In this document: one piece after another, positions 13,137 to 29,589 of the stretch | Numbering within the stretch: position 1 is the first letter of the stretch | Layout of the letters: each line of letters opens with the position of its first letter | NCBI RefSeq assembly: GCF_009914755.1 | Contig: NC_060947.1 | Direction: 5' to 3' (one strand) | Length of the DNA stretch: 64,000 bases | Source of the DNA: the human T2T-CHM13v2.0 reference genome, Homo sapiens | Program-made: the position numbers and the translations under genes | The notes under the pieces: generated by a model | The model's database searches: none | The model's input: the letters and a program-made list of their open reading frames with translations, nothing else | What the model was told of the DNA's origin: nothing

Positions 13137-15386
13137 GAATCAAACCAGCATAAATATGAAACTAATTCTGATAACTTAAAATGTATATGGCAAACCCTAG
13201 AGCAACCACTAAAACAATATAAAAATAGTAAAACTGTAATCTATAAAATAAAAACTCTAGATGCAAAAAATTTTCTCAATGAAAAGCAGTAAAGTGGGAA
13301 TAGAAGGGAAAAAGTCATAAGGCAAAAAGTAAGTTGACAGATCTAAATCAAGCAAAAGCAACAATAACATTAAGTGTAAATAGACTGAAAAATCTAATGA
13401 TAAGGCAGCATTGTCAAATTGGATTTATGATAAAACATGACCCAACTGTAAGCTGTCTACATGAAACTCACTTTAGATTCAAAGATAAAACAGATTGAAA
13501 GTAAAACTATGGAAGACATATATAAAGCAAATAGTAACCAAAGGAAAACTAGAGTGGCTATACTAATATCACAAAAAATAAACTTTAAACAAAAAATACT
13601 ATTAGAGATAAACAGTGACATTTTATAATGAAAAATGTGTCAATTCATCAGGAACACATAACAATTGTGAACATATACATTAGAAATAACAGCATCAAGA
13701 CACATGTAGCAAAAACTGACAGAAATAAAGGGAAAAATGGACAATTTAACAATAGTTAGAGACTTCAACTCTTCACTCTTCTAACAGGTAGAATAACTAG
13801 AAAGAGATCAATGAGGAGATACAAGACTTGAACAAACAATAAACCAACTAGATCTAACTGATATCTGCAGAATATTCCACGAAATGACATAAAATACATT
13901 ATTCTCAAGTGCACATGGAACATTCTCCAGGATAGACCATATCCTAGGCCATAAAATAAACCTAAACAAATTTATAAGTGTAAAAATAATATAAAATATG
14001 TTCTCTGATCTTAGTGGAATGGAATTAGGAGTAATAAAAGGAAAATTTTGGAAACTAAATATATGCAGAAATAAATAGCCCACTCCTAAACAACCAATGG
14101 GTCAAAGAAGAAATCAAAAGGGAAATAAGAAAACATTCTGACGTGAATGAAAATCGAGGCTCAAAATACCAACATTTATGAGATGCAGTACAAGCAATTC
14201 TTAGGGTGAAATTTATAGCTGTAAAATGCCTACAATAAGAAAGAAAAAAATGATCTCAAAAAATGACACACAAAAAGCACTTAACAAAATCCAACATCCT
14301 TTTATGATAAAAACCAATCAACAAACTGAAAATAGGAGAAAACCTGATATATTTTCTTCTTCCACTGTGTTGCTGCAGGTTCTTAAAACGACCTTTCTAG
14401 TACTATTTTGGTTTGTGGACAGCTGTTTATATTTGCTTTCTTGTCAGGAAATAGAGACTACTATCTCCTATTCTTTGGTGATATCTCATCTCAGTTGAGA
14501 AAAGGAGCTTTCTCAATCTGATAAACATAACTTTCTCAAACTGATAAATGTGCTGTATGAAAAACCCACAGCTAATGTCATCTTAAATGGTGAAAGACTA
14601 GATGATTCCCCCTGAAGAACAGGAGTAAGACAAGGATGTCCACTCTTGACAGTTATATCAACATTATACTGGAGGTTCTAGCTAGGGCAATTAGGCAAGA
14701 AAAAGAAATAAAGGGCATTCAGATTGAAAAGGAAGAGGTAAAATTATGTTTATTCACAAGTTATGTAATCCTGTATATAGAAATTTTTAAGGAATCCACT
14801 AAAAAACTATTAGAAACTAAAAATGAGTTCATCAAGTTTGCAGGGTACCAGATTAATACATCAAAATCAACTGTATGTCTATATGTTTGCAATAAACAAT
14901 CCAAAAACAAAATTAAAAAGCAATTTTTCACAATATTATCAAAAAGAATGAAATACTTAGTAATTAACAAACATGGTGAAAAACTCATACTCTAAAAACC
15001 ACTAAGTATTGTTGAGTTTTTTCTTTAAGATTTTTACAGAAGATCTAAATAAATGGAAAAAAAATCCAATGATCTACAGATTCAATCTAATACCCATTAA
15101 AAGCCCAGCTGAATTCTTTGTGAAACTGGCAAGCTGATTCTAAACTCTGCCAAGCAACCCAGAACAGCAAAAACTATCCTGAATAAGAAGAATAAAGTAG
15201 GATTCACATGTCCTAATTTAAAAATTTACTATAAAGCATTAGTAATGAAGACAATGTGGCACTAACACAAAAATAAAAACAGATTAATGGAATAGACTTT
15301 AGTGTCTGGAAATAAGCTCATGTATATATGGTCAACTGATTTTTGGCAAAGATGCCAAGATTATTCATTAGAAAAAGAATAATCTT
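10518..15386 (+). mobile_element. Old L1 (L1M4/L1MB-class): 5'UTR, decayed ORF1 (~11770-12700) and ORF2 with internal deletions; resumes at 17186-17570
   Basis: ORF1- and endonuclease-like sequence; RT peptide '[29 protein letters not shown]' (ORF 14636-14995); many stops. Confidence 0.88.
13102..13130. repeat. (TA)n microsatellite
   Basis: Read directly. Confidence 0.95.
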
Positions 15387-15690
15387 GCCAGGCATGGTGG
15401 CTCATGCCTGTAATCCCAGCAGTTTGGGAGGCCGAGGTGGGCAGATCACTTGAGGTCAGGAGTTCAAGACCAGTTTGGCCAACGTGGCGAAGCCCCATCT
15501 CTACTAAAAATACAAAAATTTGCTGAGCATGGTGTCCCATGCCTGTAATCCCAGCTACTTAGCAGACTGAGACAGAAGAATTGCCAGAACCCAGGAGATT
15601 GAGGGTTGCAGTGAACCAAGATCACACCACTGCACTAGAGCCTAGGTGACAGAGCGAGATTCTCTCTCTCTCTCTAAAAAAAAATTATTA
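15387..15690 (+). mobile_element. AluS
   Basis: Full dimer with A-tail; TSD aaaaagaataatctt/aaaaagaaaaatctt. Confidence 0.95.
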
Positions 15691-15707
15691 TAAAAAGAAA
15701 AATCTTT

Positions 15708-17183
15708 TGCATCATGAATTAATTTTTTATATAAGGTGTAGGAAAGTGGTCCAGTTTCAGATCTCTGCATATGGCTAGCCAGTTTTCCCAACACCATTTA
15801 TTAAATAGGGAATCCTTTCCTCATTGCTTCTTTTTGCCAGGTTTGTCAAAGATCACATGGTTGTAGATGTGTGACATTATTTCTGAGTCTTCTGTTCTGT
15901 TCCATTGGTCTATATATCTGTTTTGGTAAGACTACCATGCTGTTTTGGTTACTGTACCCTTGTAATATAGTTTGAAGTTAGGTAGTGTGATGCCTCCAGC
16001 TTTGTTCTTTTTGCTTAGGATTGTCCTGGCTATACAACTCTTAAAACTAACTCAAGATGGATTAAAGACTTAAACATAAGACCTAAAACCATAAAAACCC
16101 TAGAATAAAACCTAGGCTTTACCATTCAGGATATAAGCATGGGCAAAGACTTCATAACTAAAACACCAAAAGCAATGGCAACAAAAGCCAAAATTGACAA
16201 ATGGGATCTAATTAAACAAAGGAGCTTCTGCACAGCAAAAGAAACTATCATCAGAGTGAACAGGCAACCTACAGAATGGGAGAACATATTTTCAATCTAC
16301 CCATCTGACAAAGGGCTAATATCCAGAATCTACAAAGAAATTAAACAAATTTACAGGAAAAAACAAACAACCCTATCTAAAAGTGGGCAAAGGATATGAA
16401 CAAACACTTCTCAACAGAAGACCTTTATGTGGCCAACAAACATATGAAAAAAAAGCTCATCTTCACTGGTCATTAGAGAAATGCAAATCAAAACCACAAT
16501 GAGATACCATTAAAAAGTCAAGAAACAACAGATGCTGGTGAGAATGTGAAGAAATAAGAATGTTTTACATTGTTGGTGGGAGTGTAAATTACTTCCACCA
16601 TTGTGGAAGACAGTGTAGTGATTCCTCAAGGATCTAGAACCAGAAATACCATTTGACCCAGCAATCCCATTACTATGTATACACCCAAAGGATTATAGAT
16701 CATTCTACTATAAAGACACATGCACACGTATGTTTATTGCAACACTATTCACATTTTCAATGACTTAGAAGCAACCAAATGTCCATCAATGATAGACTGG
16801 ATAAAGAAAATGTGGCACATCTAAACCATGGACTACTATGCAGCCATACAAAAGGAAGAGTTCATGTCCTTTGCAGGGACATGGATGAAGCTGGAAACCA
16901 TTATTCTCAGCAAACTAACACAGGAACAGAAAACCAAACACCAAATTTTATCACTCATAAGTGGGAGTTGAACAATGAGAATACACAGACACGGGGAGGA
17001 AAACATCACACACTGGGGCCTGTCAGGGGGTGGAAGCTTAGGAGAGGGATAGCATTAGGAGAAATACCTAATGTAGATGACGGGCTGATGGGTGCAGCAA
17101 ACCACCATGGCACGTGTATACCTATGTAACAAACCTGCATGTTCTGCACATGTATCCCAGAACTTATAGTATAATGAAAAAAA
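15708..17183 (+). mobile_element. 5'-truncated, 5'-inverted L1PA (L1PA7-like): inverted part 15708-16041, sense part 16042-17183
   Basis: Antisense ORF2 block, then sense '[26 protein letters not shown]', L1PA 3'UTR and A-tail; flanked by 'atctttt' repeats. Confidence 0.92.
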
Positions 17184-17185
17184 TG

Positions 17186-17570
17186 ATCTTTTCAACAAAT
17201 GGTACAGGGACAACATAAAAATAATGAATTTGGATGCCTATTGACTTGGAATGAATCACAGACCTAAATGAAAGAATGAAAACTGTAAAACTCTTAGAAG
17301 AAAATATAGGGCTAAATATGACCTTGTGTTTCACAAAAGATTATTAGATATATGAGAAAAAAAGATGTGTAAAAAGAAAAAATAAATTGGATTTCACCAG
17401 AACTAAATTATTCTGTGTTTCAAAGGACATCAACAAGAAAGTGAAAAGGCAACTCACAGAAGGGTGAAAACATTTGCATAGCATGTAATAAAGGACTTGT
17501 AACTCAAAAATATAAAGAATATTTAAAACTAAGTAATAAAAAGATAAATAATGATTAAAATGGACAAATA
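17186..17570 (+). mobile_element. Continuation of the old L1M ORF2 3' region
   Basis: 'atcttttcaacaaatggt' continues directly from 'gaaaaagaataatctt' at 15386. Confidence 0.8.
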
Positions 17571-20544
<2,974 letters not shown>

Positions 20545-21261
20545 CACGGTCTTCCCTGTTGACCTGTTTGACAGAGCAGAGACAGTCATTATCTCTCTGG
20601 GGACATAATACCAATGGCCTAAGAACCACGCTGTCATCCCCCACAGCTCCTGGAGCAAGCCCCGCCCAAGGAGAACCTGAGCTCAGACACACCTAACCCC
20701 ACACCAACCTGATAGTCTTTCTCTACCCACCCCAGTAGCTGAAGACAGAGCACATAATCTCTTGAAAGGTCTGTGGCCTTGCCCACTGCCTGAGAAACCA
20801 GAATATGTGTCCAGCTGACCCTAGGGCAAGCTTGTATCTTCCCCATACTACCGCAGCTGATGCTCCCTTGAAAGCCGCACCTCCTGGCCAGAAGCCAAAC
20901 AACATAAAACCAGTGCACTAAACAAAAATACAAGCAAGGACCCTCACAGAGTCCACTTCACTCCCCTGCTACCTCCACTGGAACAGGTGCTGGTATCCAT
21001 GGATGAAAGACCTGAAGACAGATCACATTAAAGAATGCTTTGCAGAAACTCCCCAGTACCAGCCTGGATTCCAGGAGCTCCACTGGGTGGACAGACCCAG
21101 AAGAGCAAAAACAACCACTGCAGTTCAGCTCTCAGGAAGCCCTGTCCATAGGGGAAAGGGGAGAACACCACGTTAACGGGGTACCCTGTGGGACAAAGAA
21201 AAAATCTGCAGCCCTTGAGTCCCAGATTTTCCCTCTGGCATAGTCTACTCAAATGAGAAGG

Positions 21262-22242
21262 TGTTGTGGAAAGTCAGGGACCCCGAACGGAGGGACTGGC
21301 TGAAACCATGGCAGAATGAAATGAATTGTGAAGATTTCATGGACATTTATCATTTCCCCAATCAATACTCTTATAATTTCCTATGCCTGTCTTTACTTTA
21401 ATCTCTTAATCCCATCATCTTCATAAGCTGAGGATATATGTCACCTCAGGACCCTGTAATGATTGTGTTAACCGCAGAAATTGTTCATAAATCATGTGTG
21501 TTTGAACAATATGAAACTGGGCACCTTAAGAACAGGGTAACAGTGATTTTCAGGGAACAAGGGAGATAACCTTAAAGTCTGGCTGCCTGTGGGCCGGGCA
21601 GGACAGAGCCATATTTCTCTTATTTCCAAAAACGGGTTAGATAAATATGGCTGAATTCTTTCCCCAGTAAGGAATATTAATATTTAACAGCCCTGGGAAA
21701 AGAATGCATTCCCAGGGGGGCCTCTAAAATGGCCACCCTGGGACTGTCTGCCTTATGCAGATGTAGATAGGGATGAAACACACCCTAGTCTCCTGCAGCA
21801 CCCCCAGGCTTGGTAGGATTAGGAAATTCCAGCCTGGCAAATTCTAGTCAGACCAGTTCTCTGCTCTTGAAACCTGTTAAGATGTTTATCATGACAATGC
21901 GTGCACAGCTGGACCTGGAAGTCCATTAGTGATTCTAGTTTTGCCCTGATGTTGTGATCTCACCCTGACCTTCTGCCTTGCGATCTTTTGTTGCCCTTAA
22001 AGCATGTGATCTCTGTGACCCATACCCTATTCATACACTCCCTCCCCTTTGAAAATTACTAACAAAACCTTGCTGGTTTTATGGCTCAGGGGACATCATG
22101 GAACCTGCCAACATGTGATGTCTCCCCTGGACACCCAGCTTTAAAATTTCTCTCTTTTGTACTCTTTCTCTTTATTTCTCAGACCGGCCGACACTTAGGG
22201 AAAATAGAAAAGGACCCAAGTTGAAATATCAGGGCTGAATTT
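21262..22242 (+). mobile_element. MER11 solo LTR (HERV-K11/HML-8), 3' terminus clipped
   Basis: Starts 'tgttgtggaaagtcagggaccccgaacggagggactggctgaa'; ends 'gacacttagggaaaatagaaaaggaccc..gaaatatcagggctgaattt'. Confidence 0.92.
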
Positions 22243-25200
22243 GACAAATATGACAAAACAAGGTTCTTTAACACCCCCAAAAGATCATACCCACTCACCA
22301 GCAATGGATCCAAACCAAGAAAAATATCTATAAATTGCCAGAAAAATAATTCAGAAGGTTGATTATTAAGCTAATCAAGGAGGCAGAAGAGAAAAGTGAA
22401 GTCCAACTTAAGGAAATCAAAAGCACGATACATGATATGAAAAAAAAATCTTCAGCAAAACAGCATAAGTAAAAAACAATCAAAACTTCTGGAAATCAAG
22501 GCCACACATTGAGAAATGCAAAATGTACTGGAAAGTCTAAGCCATAGACTTGAACAAGCAGAAGAACTTCAGAACTCAAAGACAAGGCTTTTGATTAACC
22601 CGATCCATCAAAGACAAAGAAAAAAAAGTTTTAATGAACAAAGCCTCCAAGATGTTTGAGACTATGTTAAACATCCAAACCTAAGAATAATTTGGGTTCC
22701 TAAGGAAAAACAGACGTCTAAAAGTTTGGAAAATATAATTCAGGGAATAAATGAGGAAAACATCCCTGATCTTGCTAGAGATCTAGACATCCAAAAACAT
22801 GAAACTCAAAGAACACTTGGGAAATTCATTGCAAAAAGATCATCACTTAGGCACATAGCTATCAGGTTACGTTTAGTGAAGACAAAGGAAAGAATCTTAA
22901 GTGCTGTAAGGCAAAAGTATCAGATAAGCTATAAAGGAAAACTTATCAGATTAACAGCAGATTTCTCAGCAGAAACCCTACAAGCTAGAAGGAATTGGGG
23001 GGGTTCCCAATTTTAGTCTCCTTAAACAAAACAATTATCAGCCATGAATTTTGTATCTGGTGAAACTAATCTTCATAAATAAAGGAAAGATACAGTATTT
23101 TCCAGATGAACAAATGCTGAGAGAATTCAGCACTACCAAGCCAGCACTACTAGAAGTGCTGAAAGGATCTCTAAATCTTGTAACAAATCCTTGAAATACA
23201 CCAAAATAGAACCTCCTTAAAGCATAAATCTCACAGGACCTATATAACAATAACACAATGAAAAACACCCAAGATATTCAGGCAACAAATACCATAATGA
23301 AAAGAAAAGTACCTCACATCTGATACTAAAGTTGAATGTAAATGGCCTAAATGCTCCACTTAAAAGATACAGAATGGAGAAGAATTTACCAATTAAGATT
23401 CTGCTGTCTGTAGGAGGCTCACCTAATACGTAAGAACTCATGTAAACTTAAGGTAAAAAGGTGTAAAAAGACATTCCATGCACATGGAGACCAAAAGTGA
23501 GCAGTAGTAGCTATTCTTATATCAGACAAAACAAACTTCAAAGCAGCAGCAGCTAAAAAAGACAAAAAGGGACATTATATAATGACAAAAGGACTAGCCC
23601 AACAGGAAAATACCAAAATCCTCAATACATATGCACCTAACACTGGAGGTCCCAAATTTATGATACAAGTACTACCAGACCTAAGAAATGAGATAGATGG
23701 CAACACAGTAATAGTGGGGGACTTTAATACTCCACTGACAGGACTAGACAGGTTGTCAAGACAGGAAGTCAACAAAGTAACAATGCACTTAAACGATCCC
23801 CTACAACAAATGTTTTTAACAGATATTTACAGGACATTCTACCCACTAACTGCAGAATAATTATTTTATTCATCAGCACATGGAATATTCTCCAAGACAG
23901 ATACTATTATAGACCAGAAAACAAGTCTCAGTAAATTTTAAAAATCAAAATCATATCAAGTACTCTCTCAAACCACAGTGGAATAAAATTGGAAATCATC
24001 TCCAAAAGGAACCCTCAAAACTATGCAAATACATGGAAATTAAATAACCTGTTCCTGAATGATCATTGGGTCAGATCTTTGACCTGAGTGATAATAGCGA
24101 CATAACCAATCGAAACCTCTGGGACACAGCAAAAGTGGTGCTAAGAGGAAACCTCATAGCATTAAATGTCTACATCAAAAAGCCTGAAAGAGCACAAATA
24201 GACAATCTAAGGTCACAACTGATGGAACTGGAAAAACAAGAACAATCAAAACTCAAATCCAGCAGAAGAAAAGAAATAAGGAAGAGCAGAGCAGAACTAA
24301 ATGAAATTGAAACAAAACAATAATTAAATGAAACAAAGAGCTGGTTTCTTGAAAAGGTAAATAAAATCGATAGACCATTAGCAAGACAAACCAAGAAAAG
24401 AAGAGAGAAGGTCCAAATAAGCCCAATTAGAAACAAAACAGGAGATATTATAACTGATACCCCAGAAATAGAAAAGATTATTCAAGGCTAATATGAACAC
24501 CTTTATGAGCATAAACTAGAAAGCCTAGAGGAGATGAATAAATTCCTGGAAATATACAACCGTCCTAGATTAAATCAGGAAGATATAAAAACTCTGAACA
24601 GACCGACAATGAACAGCAAGATTTAAATGGTAATACAAATATTGCCCATAATAAAAAGTCCAGGACCAGTTGGATTCACAGTTGAATTCTGCCAGGCATT
24701 CAAAGAAGAATAGAAGCCAATTCTATTGACACTATTCCACAGGATTGAGAAGGAGGAAATCGTCCTTAAATCATTCTATGAAGCTAGTATCACCCTAATA
24801 CCAAAACCAGGGAAGGACATAACAAAAAAAGAAAACTACAGACCAATACCCTTGATGAACATAGATGCAAAAATTCTCAACAAAATACAAGCTAGCCAAA
24901 TCCAACAGTATATTAAAAAGATAATCCTCCATGATCAAGTGGGTTTCATACCAGGGATGCAGGAATGGTTTAACATATGTAAGTCAATAAATGTGATATA
25001 GCACATAAACAGAATAAAAACAAAAATCACATGATCATCTCAGTGGATGCAGAAAAAGCATTTGACACAATACAGCATCCATTTATGATTAAAACCCTCA
25101 TCCAAATCAACATAGAAGTGACACACCTTAAGGTAATAAAAACCATCTATGACAAACCCACAGCCAACATAATATTGAACTAGGAAATGTTGAAAACATT

Positions 25201-26414
25201 CCCCTTGAAAACTGGAATAAGACAAAAATGCCCACTTTCACCACTTCTATTCAGCATAGTACTGGAAGTCTTGACTGCAGCAATCAGACAAGAGAAATAA
25301 ATCAAATGCATCTAAGTTGGTAAGGAGGAAGTCAGACTGTTGCTGTTTGCTATGAGATAGTCATATACCTAGAAAACCCTAAAGACTTATCCATAAAGCT
25401 CATAAACTGGTAAATGAATTGAGGAAAGTTTCAGGATACAAAATGGATGTACACAAATCAGTAGCTCTGCTATACACCAACAGCAACCAAGCTGAGAATC
25501 AAATCAAGAACTCAACTCCTTTTACAATAGCTGCAAAAATAAAACCAAACTTAGGAGTACACCTAACTAAGGAGGTGAAAGACCTCCACAAGGAAAACTA
25601 TGAAACACTGCTGAAAGAAAGTATAGACAATGCAAACAAATGGAAACATATTCCATGCCCATGGCAAACAGAAACATAAATTGGGGAAATGACATTCTAT
25701 TCAACAAATGGTGCTGGGATAATTAGCAAGCCACATGTAGAGAATAAAACTGGATCCTCATCTCTCATCTTATACAAAAATCAACCCAAGATGGATCAAG
25801 GACTTAAATCTAAGACCTGAAACAGCAAAGATCCTAGAAGATAACATTGGAAAAACCCTTCTAGACATTGGATTAGGCAAAGACTTCATGACCAAAAACC
25901 CAAAAGCAAATGCAATAAAAACAAAGATAAATAGATGGCACCTGATTGAACTAGAAAGCTTCTGCACAGCAAAACAAATAATCAGCAGAGTTAACAGACA
26001 ACCCACAGAGTGGTAGAAAATCTTCAAAATGGATACATCTGACAAGGGACTAATATCCAGAATCTACAAAGAACTCAAATCAGCAAGAAAAAGCAAACAA
26101 TCCCATCGAAATGTGGACTAAGGACATGAACAGACAATTCTCAAAAGAAGATATACAAATGGCCAACAAGCATATGGAAAAAATGCTTAACATCACTATG
26201 TATCAGGTAAATGCAAATCAAAACCACCTTACTCCTGCAAGAATGGCAATAATAAAAAAATTACAGATGTTGGCATGAATGTGGTGAAAAGAGAACATTT
26301 TTACTTTGTTGGTGGGAATGTAAACTAGTACAAGCACTATAGAAAACAGTGTGGTGATTCCTTAAAGAACTAAAAGGAATACCATTTGTTCCAGCCATTT
26401 CACTACCAGGTATC

Positions 26415-28699
26415 TGGGATGGTTTGGCTGTGTCTCCACCCAAATCTCATTTCGAATTGTAGTTCCCTTCATCCCAATGTGTCATGGGAGGGACCCGGGG
26501 AGGTAATTGAATCATGGGGATGCTTTTCTCATGCTATTCTCATGCTATTCTTGTGCAAGTAAGTTCTTATGAGATCTGATAATTTTATAAGAGGGTTTCC
26601 CCTTCGCTTGGCTCTCATTCTTCTCTCTCCTACTGCCATATGAAGAAGAACATGTTTGCTTCTTCATCTGCCATGATTATAAGTTTCCTGAGGCCTCCCC
26701 AGCCATGCAAAATTATGAGTCAATTAAATCTCTTTTCTTTATAAATTATTCAGTCTCAGGTATGTCTTTATTAGCATTGTGAGAACAGACTAATACAGTA
26801 AATTGTTACCACAGAAAGTGGGGCACTGCTGTAACGATATCTAAAAATATGACAAAGTTTGGATCTTTCTAGAGACTTGGAGGGCTCAGAGGACAGGAAG
26901 ATGTAGGAAAATTTGAAACTTCCTATAGACTTGTTGAATGGCTTTGACCAAAATTCTGATAGTGATATGGACAATAAAGTCCAGGCTGAGGTGGTCTCAG
27001 ATGGAGATGAGGAACTTCTTAGGAACTGGAGTAAAGGTCACTCTTGCTATGCAAAGAAACTGGTGGCATTTTGCCTCTGCCCTAGAGATCTGTGGAACTT
27101 TGAACTTGAGAAAGATGATTTAAGGTATCTTGTGGAAGAAATTTCTAAGTGGCAAAGCATTCAAGAGGAAACAGAGCATAAAAGTTTGTAAAATTTGCAA
27201 CTTGAAGATGAGATAGTAAAGAAAAACCCATTTTTCTGGGAAGAAATTCAAGCTGGCTGCAGAAATTGGAGTAAGTGACAAGGAGCCTAATGTTAATCAC
27301 AATGATAATAGGGAAAAATCTCCATGGCATGTCAGAAACCTTCATGGCAGCCCCTCCCATTACAGGCCCAGAGGCCTAGGAAGGAAAACTGGTTTCATGG
27401 TCCAGGCCCAGGGCTAACTGCTCTATGTAGCCTTGGGACATGGTGCCCTGCATCCCAGCTGCTTCAGCTCAAGCTGTGGCTAAAAAGGGCCAAGGTACAA
27501 CTCAGGCCATTGTTTCAGAGGGTGCAAGCCCCAAGCCTTAGGAGGCTTACATGTGGTATTGGGCTACAGGTACACAGAAGTCAAGAACTGAGGTTTGGAA
27601 ATCTCTGTCTATATTTCAGAGAATGTGTAAAAACTCCTGGATGTCCAGGCAAAAGTTTGCTGCAGGGGCAGAGCCCTCATGGAGAACCTCTGCTAGGGCA
27701 ATGCAGAAGGGAAATGTGGGGGTCAGGGCCCCCATACAGAGTCCCCACTGGAGCACTGTCTAGTGGAGCTGTGAGAAGAGGGCCACTGTCCTCCAGACTC
27801 CAGAATTGTAGATCCACCAACAGCTTGCACCATGCACCTGGAAAAGCCACAGACACTTGATACCAGCCTGTGAAAGCAGCCAGGAGGGGGTCTGTACCCT
27901 GCAAAGCCACAGGGGCAGAGCTGCTCAAGACTATGGCCAAGAGCCCACCTTTTGCAGCAGTGTGCTCTGAATGTGAGACATGGAGTCAAGGGAGATCATT
28001 TTGGAACTTTGAGGTTTAATGACTGCCCTGTTGGATTTTGGACTTGCATGGGCCCTGTAGCACCTTTGTTTTGGCCAATTTATCCCATTTGGAATGGGTG
28101 TATTTAACCAATGCCTGTACACTTATTATATCTAGGAGGTAACTAACTTCCTTTCATTTTACAGGCTTACAGGCAGAAGGGACTTGCCTTGTCTCAGATG
28201 AGACTTTGTACTTGGACTTTTGAGTTAATGATAAAACGAGTTAAGACTTTGGGGAACTATTGGAATGGCATGATTGTGTTTTCAAATGTGAAGACATGAG
28301 ATTTGGGAGGAGTCAGGGGCAGAATAATATGGTTTGGCTGTGTCCACATCCAAATCTTATCTTGAATTGTAGTTCCCATAATCCCCAAATGCCATAGGAA
28401 GGACCCAGTGGCAGGTAATTGAATCATGGAGGCAGTTTCCCCCAAGTTATTCTTATGATAGTAAGTTCTCAAGAGATCTGATGGTTTTACAAGGGGCTTC
28501 CCCCTTCACTTGGCTCTCATTCTTCTCTCTCCTGCTGCTATGTGAAGAAGTACATGTTTGCTACCCCTGCTGCCATGATTGTAAGTGTCCTGAGGCCTTC
28601 CCAGTCATGTGAAACTGTGAGTCAATTAAACCTCTTTTCTTTATAAATTACCCAGTCTCAGTTATGTCTTTATTAGCAGCATGAGAACAGACTAATATG
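26415..28699 (+). mobile_element. Full-length THE1 (MaLR, THE1C/D-like): LTR 26415-26797, internal 26798-28324, LTR 28325-28699
   Basis: Two matching ~380-bp LTRs ('atggtttggctgtgtc...gagaacagactaata'); 5-bp TSD gtatc/gcatc; host L1 resumes in register. Confidence 0.95.
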
Positions 28700-28841
28700 G
28701 CATCTACCCAGAGGAAATAAATAATTATATGAAAAAGATACCTGCACACATGTGTTTATAGCAGCACAATTTGCAATTGCAAAAACATGGAACCAGCCCA
28801 AAGAACCATCAATCAATGAGTGGACAAAAAAAAACTGTGGT

Positions 28842-29202
<361 letters not shown>

Positions 29203-29589
29203 TCAGCCACAAAAGGGAATGAAATAATGGCATTTGCAGCAACCTGGATGGAATCAGAGACCATTATTCTAAGTAAAGTAACTCAAGAACGGAAAACCAA
29301 ACATCATATGTTCTCACTCATAAGTGGGAGCTAAGCTAAGAGGTAACAAACACATAAGAATGACACAATGGACTTTGAGGACTTGAGAGAAAGGGCAGGA
29401 GGGGAGTGAGTGATAAAATATATTGAGTATTGTGTACACTGCTCGGGTGCTGAGTGCACCAAAATCTCAGAAATCACCCCTAAAGAACTTATTCATGTAA
29501 CCAAACACCACCTGCTCCCTAAAAACCTATTGAAATAAAAAATAAATTTTAAAAATAAATCAATGTATATACATTTGTGAAAAAAATAA

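Noticed and set aside
26913-27989. ORFs of 92-178 aa
   Set aside because: Fragments of the decayed THE1 internal region.
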